DNA of 35,369 bases from an uncultured Rhodopirellula sp. (lineage in GTDB: Bacteria > Planctomycetota > Planctomycetia > Pirellulales > Pirellulaceae). The notes beneath the pieces were generated by a model, which worked only from the letters and a program-made list of their open reading frames with translations, did no database searches and was not told the DNA's origin. The stretch is from NCBI GenBank assembly GCA_963974855.1, contig CAXBHV010000001.1, forward strand, positions 1 to 35,369. Reading direction: 5' to 3'. A program made the translations under genes and the position numbers. This document shows positions 17,807 to 27,008 of the stretch, in pieces (position 1 is the first letter of the stretch; the number at the start of each line of letters is the position of its first letter).

Positions 17807-18931
17807 TTATGATTTCAGCAAAATGCCGATTGCTACGAGATAGCGTTCGATGGTCTCAGCATCCGTTTGTTCCCACTTAGCCGATTTGTGACGCAGTACG
17901 GCTAGCTTCAGCGATTCAATGGCATCGGCCAAATCATCGGGAAGTTCAGGCAACCCCGCGAACGGCTGGCTGCTCGAAGGTACCTCGGATGCAGACTCCG
18001 ATTTCGATTCTGCTTCGGCCATCGGTGGATTCGCCTTCGACGCATCCATCGCCGAAAACTCTTCCTCGTCGCCAAAGTCGGGGCCTTCGGGGCGTGGTCC
18101 CGTGGCAACTTCGCCGGCGCTCTCTTCGTCAAAATCTTTGGTACGACCGCCACCTTGCGCGGGCAACACGACATCTTCGTCGGTGTCGACTTCGACAATT
18201 TGGCTGTTGGTTGGTCGTTGTGACTCGACCGCACCAGTGGCTTCCCAACGTTTTTCACGCATTTGGGAAACGCTCCACGATTCCTGCACTGCACCTTCGA
18301 GCCACAGCGGAGCGTCATCCCAATCGAGTGCCGCCAGGAAATGGCTCCAGTACAGTTGGTGGTAGGTTGCATGGGTCGAACCAAATCGATCGAAAACGCG
18401 ACGCAATCGCCCGACGTGCGGGGCGGTTACGCCGCCAACACGACGAGCCCATGCTTCGTCGGAGTATTCGGTCGAAGGTGCGCCGGACTCGATCAGTGCC
18501 AAACGCCATTGGTGGACGATTTCGCCCTTTTCCCAATTGGTCGTGCTGATCAATTGGTTCCACTGGCCAACAAACGGCTGAGCCAACTCGGCCAACCGTG
18601 GATCGTCTTCATCCCAAGCTTGCTTTGCTTCGACGATATCCTGCTCATCGACATCCGATTCGCTCGCCTCGCTCACCAAGACTTCGGCGTTTTCCGCATC
18701 GTCGGCCGACGCGACGGGGGCGGCTTCGTCATCGCTCGAATCGACGTCTTCGTAGGTTTCGGATTCGAGGGTCTCGGTTTCTAGTTTGGCTTCGGTTTCG
18801 TAACTGGCTTGGTTTTCATACGTATCGGTCCCATTGGAATCGAGTTCCTGGGAATCCGTCGCAGAAACTTCCGCCGCGTCGACATCCGTTTGCACAGGAA
18901 CGTCGTAAGAATCTTCGGGGGTCATCGGCAT
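17807..18931 (-). CDS. Conserved-looking hypothetical protein with acidic disordered N-terminus
   Basis: Long ORF; Trp-rich core (GQWNQLISTTNWEKG, YSDEAW, HVGRLRRV..RFG, LYWSHF..ALDWDDA..WLEGA). Confidence 0.75.
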   Translation of the reverse strand: MPMTPEDSYDVPVQTDVDAAEVSATDSQELDSNGTDTYENQASYETEAKLETETLESETYEDVDSSDDEAAPVASADDAENAEVLVSEASESDVDEQDIVEAKQAWDEDDPRLAELAQPFVGQWNQLISTTNWEKGEIVHQWRLALIESGAPSTEYSDEAWARRVGGVTAPHVGRLRRVFDRFGSTHATYHQLYWSHFLAALDWDDAPLWLEGAVQESWSVSQMREKRWEATGAVESQRPTNSQIVEVDTDEDVVLPAQGGGRTKDFDEESAGEVATGPRPEGPDFGDEEEFSAMDASKANPPMAEAESKSESASEVPSSSQPFAGLPELPDDLADAIESLKLAVLRHKSAKWEQTDAETIERYLVAIGILLKS

Positions 18932-19572
18932 CCGTCGCGTGAGGAGTGGGGATCAGTGCATCGAGGCTTCAGGCCGAACCATGAGGCGTGAAAAGCCAGA
19001 AAACGGGGCAGACAAGACTCGCCTTGCCACTGCACGTCTACGCTAACGAACGATGGAGCCGCAATGAAGTCACTCGCATCAATTTCAGTCATGGCCCCGC
19101 AAAACACACGTTAGTCGTATCAATTGCAGAAACAATGCGGTGTGGAAAAAGTGTTACGAACTCTCTCGAAAACCGAGTCGATCGGAATTTAGCGGGCGCA
19201 GAGTCACCGCATGCGGCAGATTTTTCGCTGGCGGCAAGCTTAAACCGCCCCCGACCGAGGGAGCGAATCGCAATTTTGTCGCGGCCGCGAACAAGGATTT
19301 GGGGCAACTAATGGGTTTGATAAGCACGAATCCACTTATCGGCCCACGAAGGGGCGTTTTGACGAGGTAATTGGTCAGTTTTGCTCAAGTCGGCCGCCAC
19401 TCGCTTCAGCAAGCTGCCGCGATCGCCAAAAAACCCAATCGTATTGACACCTTTGCACAATCGATACAGCATGCGTTTCGCCGTCCCCCGTGGCCCGATG
19501 CGCTGCCAACGAGCGTGCCTAACGGCCTGCCCCTTGATTGCTTCGAACTTTAATCTGTACCCCCCTGCTGTT

Positions 19573-20652
19573 ATGACAAAACTCTACGAAAAACTGACCC
19601 TCAAAGATGTCACGCTGCGAAACCGCATCGCCGTGTCACCGATGTGCCAATATTCATCCGAGGATGGTTTTCCAAGCGATTGGCATCTCGTTCACCTCGG
19701 GTCACGTGCCATCGGCGGAGCGGGCTTGGTGGTGGTCGAGGCGACCGCAGTTTCACCCGAGGGTCGGATCAGCCCCGCCGACAGCGGGATTTATACCGAT
19801 GACCACGTCGAGCCGTTTGCCAAGATTGCACGGTTTCTGAAAGAACATGGTTCGGTCGCAGGCATCCAATTGGCGCACGCGGGTCGCAAAGCGAGCGCGA
19901 GTAAACCGTGGGAAGGAGACAAGCATCTTTCTAATGAGGAAGGAGGCTGGGACACGATCGCGCCGTCGCCGATCGCTTTTGGCGACAAACTCTCCAAACA
20001 GCCCCAAGAGATGACGCTCGATGATATCCAACGGGTCAAAGGCGATTTCGTGCGTGCCACCGAGCGGGCCCTGGCAGCAGGTTTTAACTATCTCGAAATC
20101 CACTTTGCCCACGGCTATTTGGCGCACGAGTTCTATTCGCCGTTGTCCAACAAACGGACCGATTCTTATGGCGGAGACTTCGAAAACCGTACTCGTTTTA
20201 TGATGGAAACGTTTGCCGCGGTGCGTGAGGTGTGGCCCGAACGGTTGCCGTTGACCGCTCGATTGTCGGTGACCGATTGGGTCGATGGGGGTGTTACGAT
20301 CGACGAGTCGATCGAATTGACTCGCAAACTAAAAGCTGCCGGCTTGGACTTGCTCGACGTCAGCCATGGATTTGTGACTCCTGATATCGACAGCGTCCCC
20401 TGGGGCCCCGGGTTCATGATTCCTGTCGCTGGTCGAATTCGCAACGAAGCCAATATTCCGACCACGACCAGTTGGTCGATCACCGAACCGCAACAAGCCG
20501 AGGACGCGCTTCAAAAAGAACAAGTCGACATGGTGATGTTGGGCCGCGAATTGTTGCGAGATCCCTACTGGCCCTACCGCGCCGCCGAAACGCTCGGCGC
20601 GGAAGTGGCCAGCGATATCTTGCCAGTCCAATACGCACGGGCGGTAAATTAA
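19573..20652 (+). CDS. NADH:flavin oxidoreductase, old yellow enzyme (YqjM/NamA-like)
   Basis: NRIAVSPMCQYS, QLAHAGRKAS, HFAHGYL..EF.SPL.N.R.D.YGG, GRELLRDPYWP; start ATG 19573. Confidence 0.9.
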   Translation: MTKLYEKLTLKDVTLRNRIAVSPMCQYSSEDGFPSDWHLVHLGSRAIGGAGLVVVEATAVSPEGRISPADSGIYTDDHVEPFAKIARFLKEHGSVAGIQLAHAGRKASASKPWEGDKHLSNEEGGWDTIAPSPIAFGDKLSKQPQEMTLDDIQRVKGDFVRATERALAAGFNYLEIHFAHGYLAHEFYSPLSNKRTDSYGGDFENRTRFMMETFAAVREVWPERLPLTARLSVTDWVDGGVTIDESIELTRKLKAAGLDLLDVSHGFVTPDIDSVPWGPGFMIPVAGRIRNEANIPTTTSWSITEPQQAEDALQKEQVDMVMLGRELLRDPYWPYRAAETLGAEVASDILPVQYARAVN

Positions 20653-20780
20653 GCGATTGACGTAATGGGGGGCGAAAATAACGACACTTCTCGCTCATCG
20701 CCACCAAAAAAATCCTCGTTCCCAAACTCCAGCCCAACGCTGTGAAGCATTTTTCCTTTTAGGGTTTGTGCTAATTTAGA

Positions 20781-20848
20781 GTAGCGGAAGTTGTCAAGAC
20801 TTTCGTTCCAAGGTGTATACCCCCGAATCTCTTGACGAGTTCCGCTAC
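20781..20848. repeat. Intact (empty-site) GTAGCGG REP pair
   Basis: gtagcggaagttgtcaagactttcg ... cgaatctcttgacgagttccgctac, inverted arms. Confidence 0.85.
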
Positions 20849-21176
20849 GAACCAATGGTGGTGTTCATCGAGAAGTGTCAAAATAACCGTCGTTTCCGCG
20901 TCTTTCTCGGTGATTTTCGGTCTTTTGTCTCTTTCGAGCGAGTCCGCCAGCGAGTGATTTCCGCCATCGTCATACGGTTTGTTCGCGACTATAATGTCAA
21001 CTCCTCCCCCATAGCGAGTTCCCTTCGCTAAGTCCCCCCGCATCACCGCCACTGAAAAGGAATCCGCGGTAATCAAGTGTTGTGGTTCGTTTACTGCGAA
21101 CCTGCGTTCTGGTCGCGGAGCGATCAACGACATTGATTTCCGCCCGATCCCTACCCCACCCCAGGCATACCGTTCG

Positions 21177-23894
21177 ATGTTGATCGCAAGCAATTTCTAT
21201 CGCTCTGCACGACTCCGCTCGTGCTGCAAAAGCTCTATAGGCTTGATGCAGGTCGCGATGCTCGCGTTCATTTCGACGACCACGTTAGCAGTTGAGAAGG
21301 CTGACGAAGCGAAGCTCAGTAGCGAGGCAGTAACGTTCTTCGAGTCAAAGATCCGCCCGCTGCTGATCGAACACTGCTACGAGTGTCATTCGCATGAAGC
21401 CGAGGCCAACGAAGGTGAACTGTATGTCGATTCGCGTGCCGGGCTAAGGCGAGGTGGAACTCGTGGTGCGGCGATCGTGGACACCGATCGATCCAAAAGC
21501 CTGCTGCTTCGTGCGGTTGAGTATGCGGATGACGACATGCTGATGCCGCCGGAGGGCAAGCTTGATGACGACGCGATCGCGAACCTTCGCATCTGGATTG
21601 AAATGGGAGCACCGGACCCTCGCGTCATCCAGCAGGATGCGGATGCTGCTCACAAGCCGTCGGTTTCACCGATGGACATCGACCCCAAATCGCATTGGGC
21701 GTTTGTCGCCCCCGTGTCACCGGTTCCGCCACCGCAGCATGATCCCCGGTCTCACGACGCGATCGACGACTTTGCGAGCCAGCGAGCGACCGAAAAGGGC
21801 GTGACACTGGCCGAGCCGGCGCCGCGTGAAACGCTGATCCGCCGTGTCTATTTTGATTTGACGGGACTACCACCAAGCGAATCCGCGATTGAGCAGTTTG
21901 TCACCTCGACGCGGCCTGATGAGTACGTGCGTTTGGTCGATTCGCTGTTGGCGTCACCCGAATACGCAGAACGGTTTTCCCGCCATTGGCTCGATGTGGC
22001 TCGCTATGCCGACACGGTTGGCTACGCGCTTGGTGGCAAAGAGCGTCGCTTGAAAGGGAGTGATCGTTACCGCGATTGGACGATCCGTGCGTTTGGCTCG
22101 GATATGCCATTTAACGAAATGATCCTGCACCAATTGGCAGGTGATCGCACCGACCCGAACAACGAAGCGGGCAACCTCGACGCGATGGGCTTTCTAACCG
22201 TCGGACGTCGCTACTTGAACGGTTTAGATACGCGAGATGATCGCATCGACGTGATCACTCGCGGGTTACTCGGATTGACCGTCAGTTGTGCTCGTTGCCA
22301 TGACCACAAATTTGACCCGATTCCGACGGCCGATTATTACGCGATGTTTGGCATTCTCAGCAGCAGCAAACATCACGAGGACGGTAAAAGCCCGTTGATG
22401 ATGTCGGATATCGAAAAACCACACGATCATCCGATCTTGGTCCGTGGCCAACAGGGGAATCGAGGCGAGATCGCACCGCGGCAATATTTCACCGCGCTGC
22501 GGGATGCAGATGACAAACCGTTTCGCGATGGCAGCGGTCGCTGGGAATTAGCGAACGAAATTGCAGCGGCGGACAATCCGCTGACCTCGCGAGTTTTGGT
22601 CAATCGAATCTGGGGTCATTTGACTGGCAAACCGCTGGTCGAATCGACGAGTGATTTTGGAGTGCGGACCCCGCCGCCCGCAGTCGCTGAGGTGCTCGAT
22701 GAGTTGGCAGTGGATTTTTCGCGACACCAAAGTGTCAAGAAAACCGTTCGCCGGATCGTTCTTTCGCGTATCTATCGCCAAGCGGTTGCATCCTCCGAGC
22801 AAAACCGTGAACTTGATCCCGACAATGGATTATTGGCCCGTGCCAATCGTCGACGTCGTGATTTTGAATCGCTGCGTGATTCGTTCTTGGCGGTCTCGGG
22901 ATCGTTGCAGCACACGATCGGTGGCGAGCCGGTCGAAATCACCGGACCGACGCCTGTCCCGCGCCGTACGGTCTATGCGATGATCGATCGCCAGAATCTG
23001 CCGGCGGTCTTTCGCACTTTTGATTTTGCCAGCCCCGATGCTCATTCACCCAACCGCTATTTCACGACGGTACCGCAACAGTCGTTGTACCTGCTGAACG
23101 GAGCCCAAACACAAGAACTGGCACGGCGGGTGGCGAAAGAGGTTCGGCAAACCGTGAGACGCGACATCGATCAACCCATCGAGTTGGCGTATACCCAATC
23201 GCTCGTTCGTCGTGTGCTATCGCGTGAACCCAGTGAAGAGGAACAGCGACAATTTGTTTCCTTTTTGCAGCAAACTCCGGCGCCGTTTGTTGTTGCGGCT
23301 GAGCACTGGACCTACGGTACCGCGAAACTGGATGCCGACCGGCGCGTCAGCGAGTTTCAAACGTTTGCGGTGTTCAAAGACAAACGCTGGCAAGCCAAGG
23401 ACAAACTCCCGGACGACGGGTCGTTTGGCTATGCGTCGTTGAGCGACAGTGGGGGTCATGCGATGCGGGGTGCCGACGGTGGTGTCGTGCGGCGCTGGAC
23501 GGCACCGGTGTCAGGTGACGTTACGATCACGGGGATGATCGAGCATAGCGAAAAGCGAGGCGACGGCGTCCAGGCGATCGTGTGGAGTGGGAACGAGCGA
23601 GTGTTCAGCGAGGTCCGCCACGGCGAAAATCGTAAATTTGGACCGCTCAAGACACGGGTGGAAAAGGGAGAAACAATCGATTTCGTTATCAATCGGGGTG
23701 ACTCCGATAGTTTCGACTCCTTCGTGTGGCGAGCCACGATTAAGTTGGTGACCGAGACCGGACAGGAATTTGACACGGATTCGGCCGAAGATTTTAAAGG
23801 TCCCGGCGGAAGGCGAGCATCACGACCGCTCGATCGACTCGAGCAACTGGCTCAGGTCTTATTGATGAGCAACGAATTTGCATTCGTGGATTAG
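21177..23894 (+). CDS. PSD1/planctomycete cytochrome c protein (DUF1549 + DUF1553)
   Basis: FFESKIRPLL.EHCYECH, LIRRVYFDLTGLPP, WLDVARYADT, CARCHDHKFDP, NPLTSRVLVNRIW, C-terminal SNEFAFVD. Confidence 0.9.
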   Translation: MLIASNFYRSARLRSCCKSSIGLMQVAMLAFISTTTLAVEKADEAKLSSEAVTFFESKIRPLLIEHCYECHSHEAEANEGELYVDSRAGLRRGGTRGAAIVDTDRSKSLLLRAVEYADDDMLMPPEGKLDDDAIANLRIWIEMGAPDPRVIQQDADAAHKPSVSPMDIDPKSHWAFVAPVSPVPPPQHDPRSHDAIDDFASQRATEKGVTLAEPAPRETLIRRVYFDLTGLPPSESAIEQFVTSTRPDEYVRLVDSLLASPEYAERFSRHWLDVARYADTVGYALGGKERRLKGSDRYRDWTIRAFGSDMPFNEMILHQLAGDRTDPNNEAGNLDAMGFLTVGRRYLNGLDTRDDRIDVITRGLLGLTVSCARCHDHKFDPIPTADYYAMFGILSSSKHHEDGKSPLMMSDIEKPHDHPILVRGQQGNRGEIAPRQYFTALRDADDKPFRDGSGRWELANEIAAADNPLTSRVLVNRIWGHLTGKPLVESTSDFGVRTPPPAVAEVLDELAVDFSRHQSVKKTVRRIVLSRIYRQAVASSEQNRELDPDNGLLARANRRRRDFESLRDSFLAVSGSLQHTIGGEPVEITGPTPVPRRTVYAMIDRQNLPAVFRTFDFASPDAHSPNRYFTTVPQQSLYLLNGAQTQELARRVAKEVRQTVRRDIDQPIELAYTQSLVRRVLSREPSEEEQRQFVSFLQQTPAPFVVAAEHWTYGTAKLDADRRVSEFQTFAVFKDKRWQAKDKLPDDGSFGYASLSDSGGHAMRGADGGVVRRWTAPVSGDVTITGMIEHSEKRGDGVQAIVWSGNERVFSEVRHGENRKFGPLKTRVEKGETIDFVINRGDSDSFDSFVWRATIKLVTETGQEFDTDSAEDFKGPGGRRASRPLDRLEQLAQVLLMSNEFAFVD

Positions 23895-23942
23895 GTGAAC
23901 ATCACCGCGTTTGTGCCAAATTAGCGTAACGGGAATCGTCAA

Positions 23943-24060
23943 CGACTTGTCGATTTAATCCAAATGCAAATCGCAACAGTGAGCCGTGGGCCGTAAGGCA
24001 CCGGGGAGTGCCTCAGACCCGGCCGCTGACGCGCGAGCGGCTCACTAAATCAACAAGTCG
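23943..24060 (+). mobile_element. 118-bp MITE-like element inserted in a REP arm
   Basis: TIRs cgacttgtcgattta / taaatcaacaagtcg, flanked by tcaa (23939-23942, 24061-24064) inside gtaacgggaatcg[tcaa]gactttcg. Confidence 0.85.
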
Positions 24061-24132
24061 TCAAGACTTTCGTTCGATTGACGTATGCCTCCCGGCGTCA
24101 GCCAAAGCGGCTAACCAAATCGCAGTCGGATC

Positions 24133-24154
24133 GGCCGGTAGGAACCGGCCCTAC
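24133..24154 (-). repeat. GTAG-type REP hairpin overlapping a stop codon
   Basis: Minus strand gtagggccggttcctaccggcc; its TAG is the stop of the aldo/keto reductase. Confidence 0.55.
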
Positions 24155-25080
24155 ATCTCGGGGGAATCGGTCGACGCGACAATGCGGTCGATCTCAGTGA
24201 TGATCTCTAGCGGCAAACGTGTGGCGGTACACGTTTCGCGTATCTGATCCGGCCGACGAGCTCCGACAAGCGCGGCGGTGACGCCGGGTTGCGAGACCGC
24301 CCAACCGATCGATAACTCGGCAACGGTACGGTTTGCACGTTCGCCGAGTATCTGCATCAGATCCAATATTCTGTGCGTTCGCTCGCGAGCAGCTCCCTGG
24401 AAAATCGGGTACCCAGGCCGGCTGTCGCCTTCGGCAAACACGTGGTCTCGTGAAATTTTTCCCGCCAACAAGCCTTTCATCAGCGTCCAAAACACGTAGA
24501 CCTGGCCACCATCGTGATTCGCTTCGGGGATCAATTGATCGAGCGAATCTCGCTGCAACAGATTCAGTGGACACTCGATCGCATCACAGCGAACCACGGA
24601 CGCGAACTGTGCCCTTTGTGCTGGCGACACGTTGCTGACTCCGGTGCGTTTGCAAAGTCCTCGTCGTTGCAGTTCCGCGATCGCAGCGGCCGATGTTTCG
24701 ATTGCCACATTCGGATCGGGCGAGTGCAACATCAGCACGTCAAAACAATCGATCCCCAATCGCCGCAATGACTCTTCGGCGTCGGTGGTGAGCGTTTCGG
24801 CCGACCCGTCGATAACACGTTTGCGATCGCTTGACCAACGCTGGCCCACTTTTCCAATCACTTCAAAGCGGTCGCGATCCTTGGCTAAGAAAGGCTGCAA
24901 GATCTTGTCGCTCTCGCCGTCATAGCCGTAGCTGAACGCGGTATCAAACGCCGTCACGCCCAAATCGATCGCGGTGGCGATGGTGGTTTCGGCATCGGTG
25001 CGGGTCACGCCTACGGTGGTGACGCCCGCGATGGGCCAGAGACCAAGCACAATCGGTTTTTCGTTGTTCATGCTTGTCAT
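24151..25080 (-). CDS. Aldo/keto reductase
   Basis: LGLWPIAG, FDTAFSYG, ESLRRLG..CFDVLMLHSPD, GVSN, GLLAGK, ALVGARRPDQ. Confidence 0.9.
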   Translation of the reverse strand: MTSMNNEKPIVLGLWPIAGVTTVGVTRTDAETTIATAIDLGVTAFDTAFSYGYDGESDKILQPFLAKDRDRFEVIGKVGQRWSSDRKRVIDGSAETLTTDAEESLRRLGIDCFDVLMLHSPDPNVAIETSAAAIAELQRRGLCKRTGVSNVSPAQRAQFASVVRCDAIECPLNLLQRDSLDQLIPEANHDGGQVYVFWTLMKGLLAGKISRDHVFAEGDSRPGYPIFQGAARERTHRILDLMQILGERANRTVAELSIGWAVSQPGVTAALVGARRPDQIRETCTATRLPLEIITEIDRIVASTDSPEM

Positions 25081-25120
25081 TGTGCCGAGCAGATCCGGCA
25101 ACGAAAAGCGTCAACCAACG

Positions 25121-25156
25121 AAAAAAGGGGTGTGAAGGAAAAATCCTTCACACCCC
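25121..25156 (-). terminator. Rho-independent terminator
   Basis: 13-bp stem ggggtgtgaagga / tccttcacacccc with A6 on +. Confidence 0.85.
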
Positions 25157-25242
25157 AAATTTGACTCTTCTAGCGGACTCCGACGCGGTGTTCCGGACTA
25201 AAACGATGAGCCGGAGCCGCTGGGCCAATTTTAAAGTTCAAC

Positions 25243-26757
25243 TTAGAGGTTGATTACCACGCCTAGGTCGATTCCTTGAACCCAGAGGCTCGAATCATCA
25301 AATTTGAATGCTCGTCCACCGAACGGGCCGCCGGTGGCGTTGGTCGTTCCGTCGAAGATCGGATCAACCACGTCGCCAGCAAGGGCCACATTGTCGAAGT
25401 ACAGGAACGAGTAGCCGACGCTAAGCGAAACGTTGGGACGGAATCGGTAGCCGAGCTTGAAGTTCGCTTCGGGGATGAAGGAGAACACATCTCGCTCGAA
25501 CGTGCCTTGGTTGTCCAAAGCCAGAGCACCACCCGAAAGCACAGGTGGGTTGCTGCCGATCGGGCCGAACTGTGACGAACCCGCAATGTTAGCGGTTTGG
25601 TTCATGTTACCCAAGTGAACCTTGGTCATCGAACGGGCGGTCCAACGGCCGCGGCTCATGCTCATCTCGAAACCAACTTGACCACCGTTGAAACGGTTTT
25701 CCATGTCGAACGAGTCGTTGAAGTTGGTGACGTTACCGGTGTCGCGGTTCACGCTGACGCTGCTCATTCGCAAGGTATCGTCGATGCTAAAGTGGGTGTA
25801 ACCCCCGATCAACTCAAGCTTGCTGGTGCGGCTGCCGCCCAGGTTGATGCGAGCGTAACCTTCAGCACCAAGCAGGTCGAGCGAGCTTTCAGCGGCGATT
25901 GCACCGGTGAAGTTTGCGTTCCCCAGTGTACCAACGTTTTCTGCAGCGATTAAGATTGCATCCATACCGCCGGTGTTGGTGTTGAAGTACGGGCGACCGA
26001 TCGATCGATCGCTGCCGTCGCCGTCACCGTAGAACGAATCTTGGTTTTCAGCAAGGATCCAGAAGCGTCCACCGAGGCCAACGTTTTTGGTGAAATACTT
26101 ACCAAAGTCGCCGCGGAAACCGCCTGACAATTCGCCATTGATGTCGTCACCAAATACGGTGGTCGAGTTGTCCCCGAAGGGGGCCTCACCCGGTGCCGCG
26201 GTCGAGATCAATGCGGGCATGTCACGGTTTTGTGTGAACCACAACAAGGCTTCGGTCTGAGCCCATGTGTTGCTTTCGCAACCGAACATGGATCCGAGTC
26301 CCATGTGGCGAAGAGCACATCCGCCGCCACACTTGCCGCCACAACCGCCATCGCATCCGCCGTTGTAGTCGACGCCACAACCGGCTTCGGCATAGCCACC
26401 ATAGCCGTTATCACATGATGCTTGGTATCCGCGATTGCTTTGACGGTTTCGCAAGCGATGGCCGTCAAGGAATGCGACCGGTTGAAGGTCGTTGGCGGCT
26501 GAGGGCGTGTAAGCCGGCTCGGCAGCATAATGAGCTGCGTCCTCTTGATAGGCTTGCGAACTCTCGTACGCGTTCGAATGAGACGCCGGAGCGACCTCAC
26601 TTACCTGTTGTTGGTAAGTGCTTTCGTCTGCAAAATAGGCGTCTTCGTCGTAGCCTGGAAGATCGCCGACACTCGAAGCACCCTGTTGAGCAAAGCTCAC
26701 ATTTGAGGCGGACAGCAACAATGCTGTTAGGGCCAGGCCTCTCAAATTCGTTTTCAT
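25243..26757 (-). CDS. BBP7 family outer-membrane beta-barrel
   Basis: Signal MKTNLRG...SFA, Cys/Gly linker, W...EALLW, IGRPYFN, DSF...NRFNGGQVG, SVGYSFLY, WVQGIDLG. Confidence 0.85.
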   Translation of the reverse strand: MKTNLRGLALTALLLSASNVSFAQQGASSVGDLPGYDEDAYFADESTYQQQVSEVAPASHSNAYESSQAYQEDAAHYAAEPAYTPSAANDLQPVAFLDGHRLRNRQSNRGYQASCDNGYGGYAEAGCGVDYNGGCDGGCGGKCGGGCALRHMGLGSMFGCESNTWAQTEALLWFTQNRDMPALISTAAPGEAPFGDNSTTVFGDDINGELSGGFRGDFGKYFTKNVGLGGRFWILAENQDSFYGDGDGSDRSIGRPYFNTNTGGMDAILIAAENVGTLGNANFTGAIAAESSLDLLGAEGYARINLGGSRTSKLELIGGYTHFSIDDTLRMSSVSVNRDTGNVTNFNDSFDMENRFNGGQVGFEMSMSRGRWTARSMTKVHLGNMNQTANIAGSSQFGPIGSNPPVLSGGALALDNQGTFERDVFSFIPEANFKLGYRFRPNVSLSVGYSFLYFDNVALAGDVVDPIFDGTTNATGGPFGGRAFKFDDSSLWVQGIDLGVVINL

Positions 26758-27008
26758 AGGAAATCTCGTAACAGTCCGGGAACACTGGTTGACTGGTATA
26801 AGACAATCGACTGGTTCCACCGGTATATGCAGATCCATAGGAACACTAGGTAAAGTCGCCCCAGGTTGCCCAGCTTGATGCTTAAAGCGTGCAAAGTTTA
26901 TCTAACATCGCTGGTTTACCCGTTAGAATGAATGTTTCACGCGTATTGACGCGGTGAAGAGGCAATAACATCACTTCTGAAACCAAAAAAACTTGCAAAG
27001 AAGTCCCT

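Noticed and set aside
18932-19572. Short ORFs in a 640-bp divergent intergenic region
   Set aside because: No homology cues or convincing starts; likely promoter DNA
20771-21193. ORFs 20813-21031 (+) and 20771-21193 (-); possible ncRNA
   Set aside because: The ORFs run through the REP and have no motifs; no recognisable tRNA, tmRNA or riboswitch structure
26775-26850. Short direct repeats (ggaacactrg, gactggt) upstream of the BBP7 gene
   Set aside because: Too short and irregular to call a binding site
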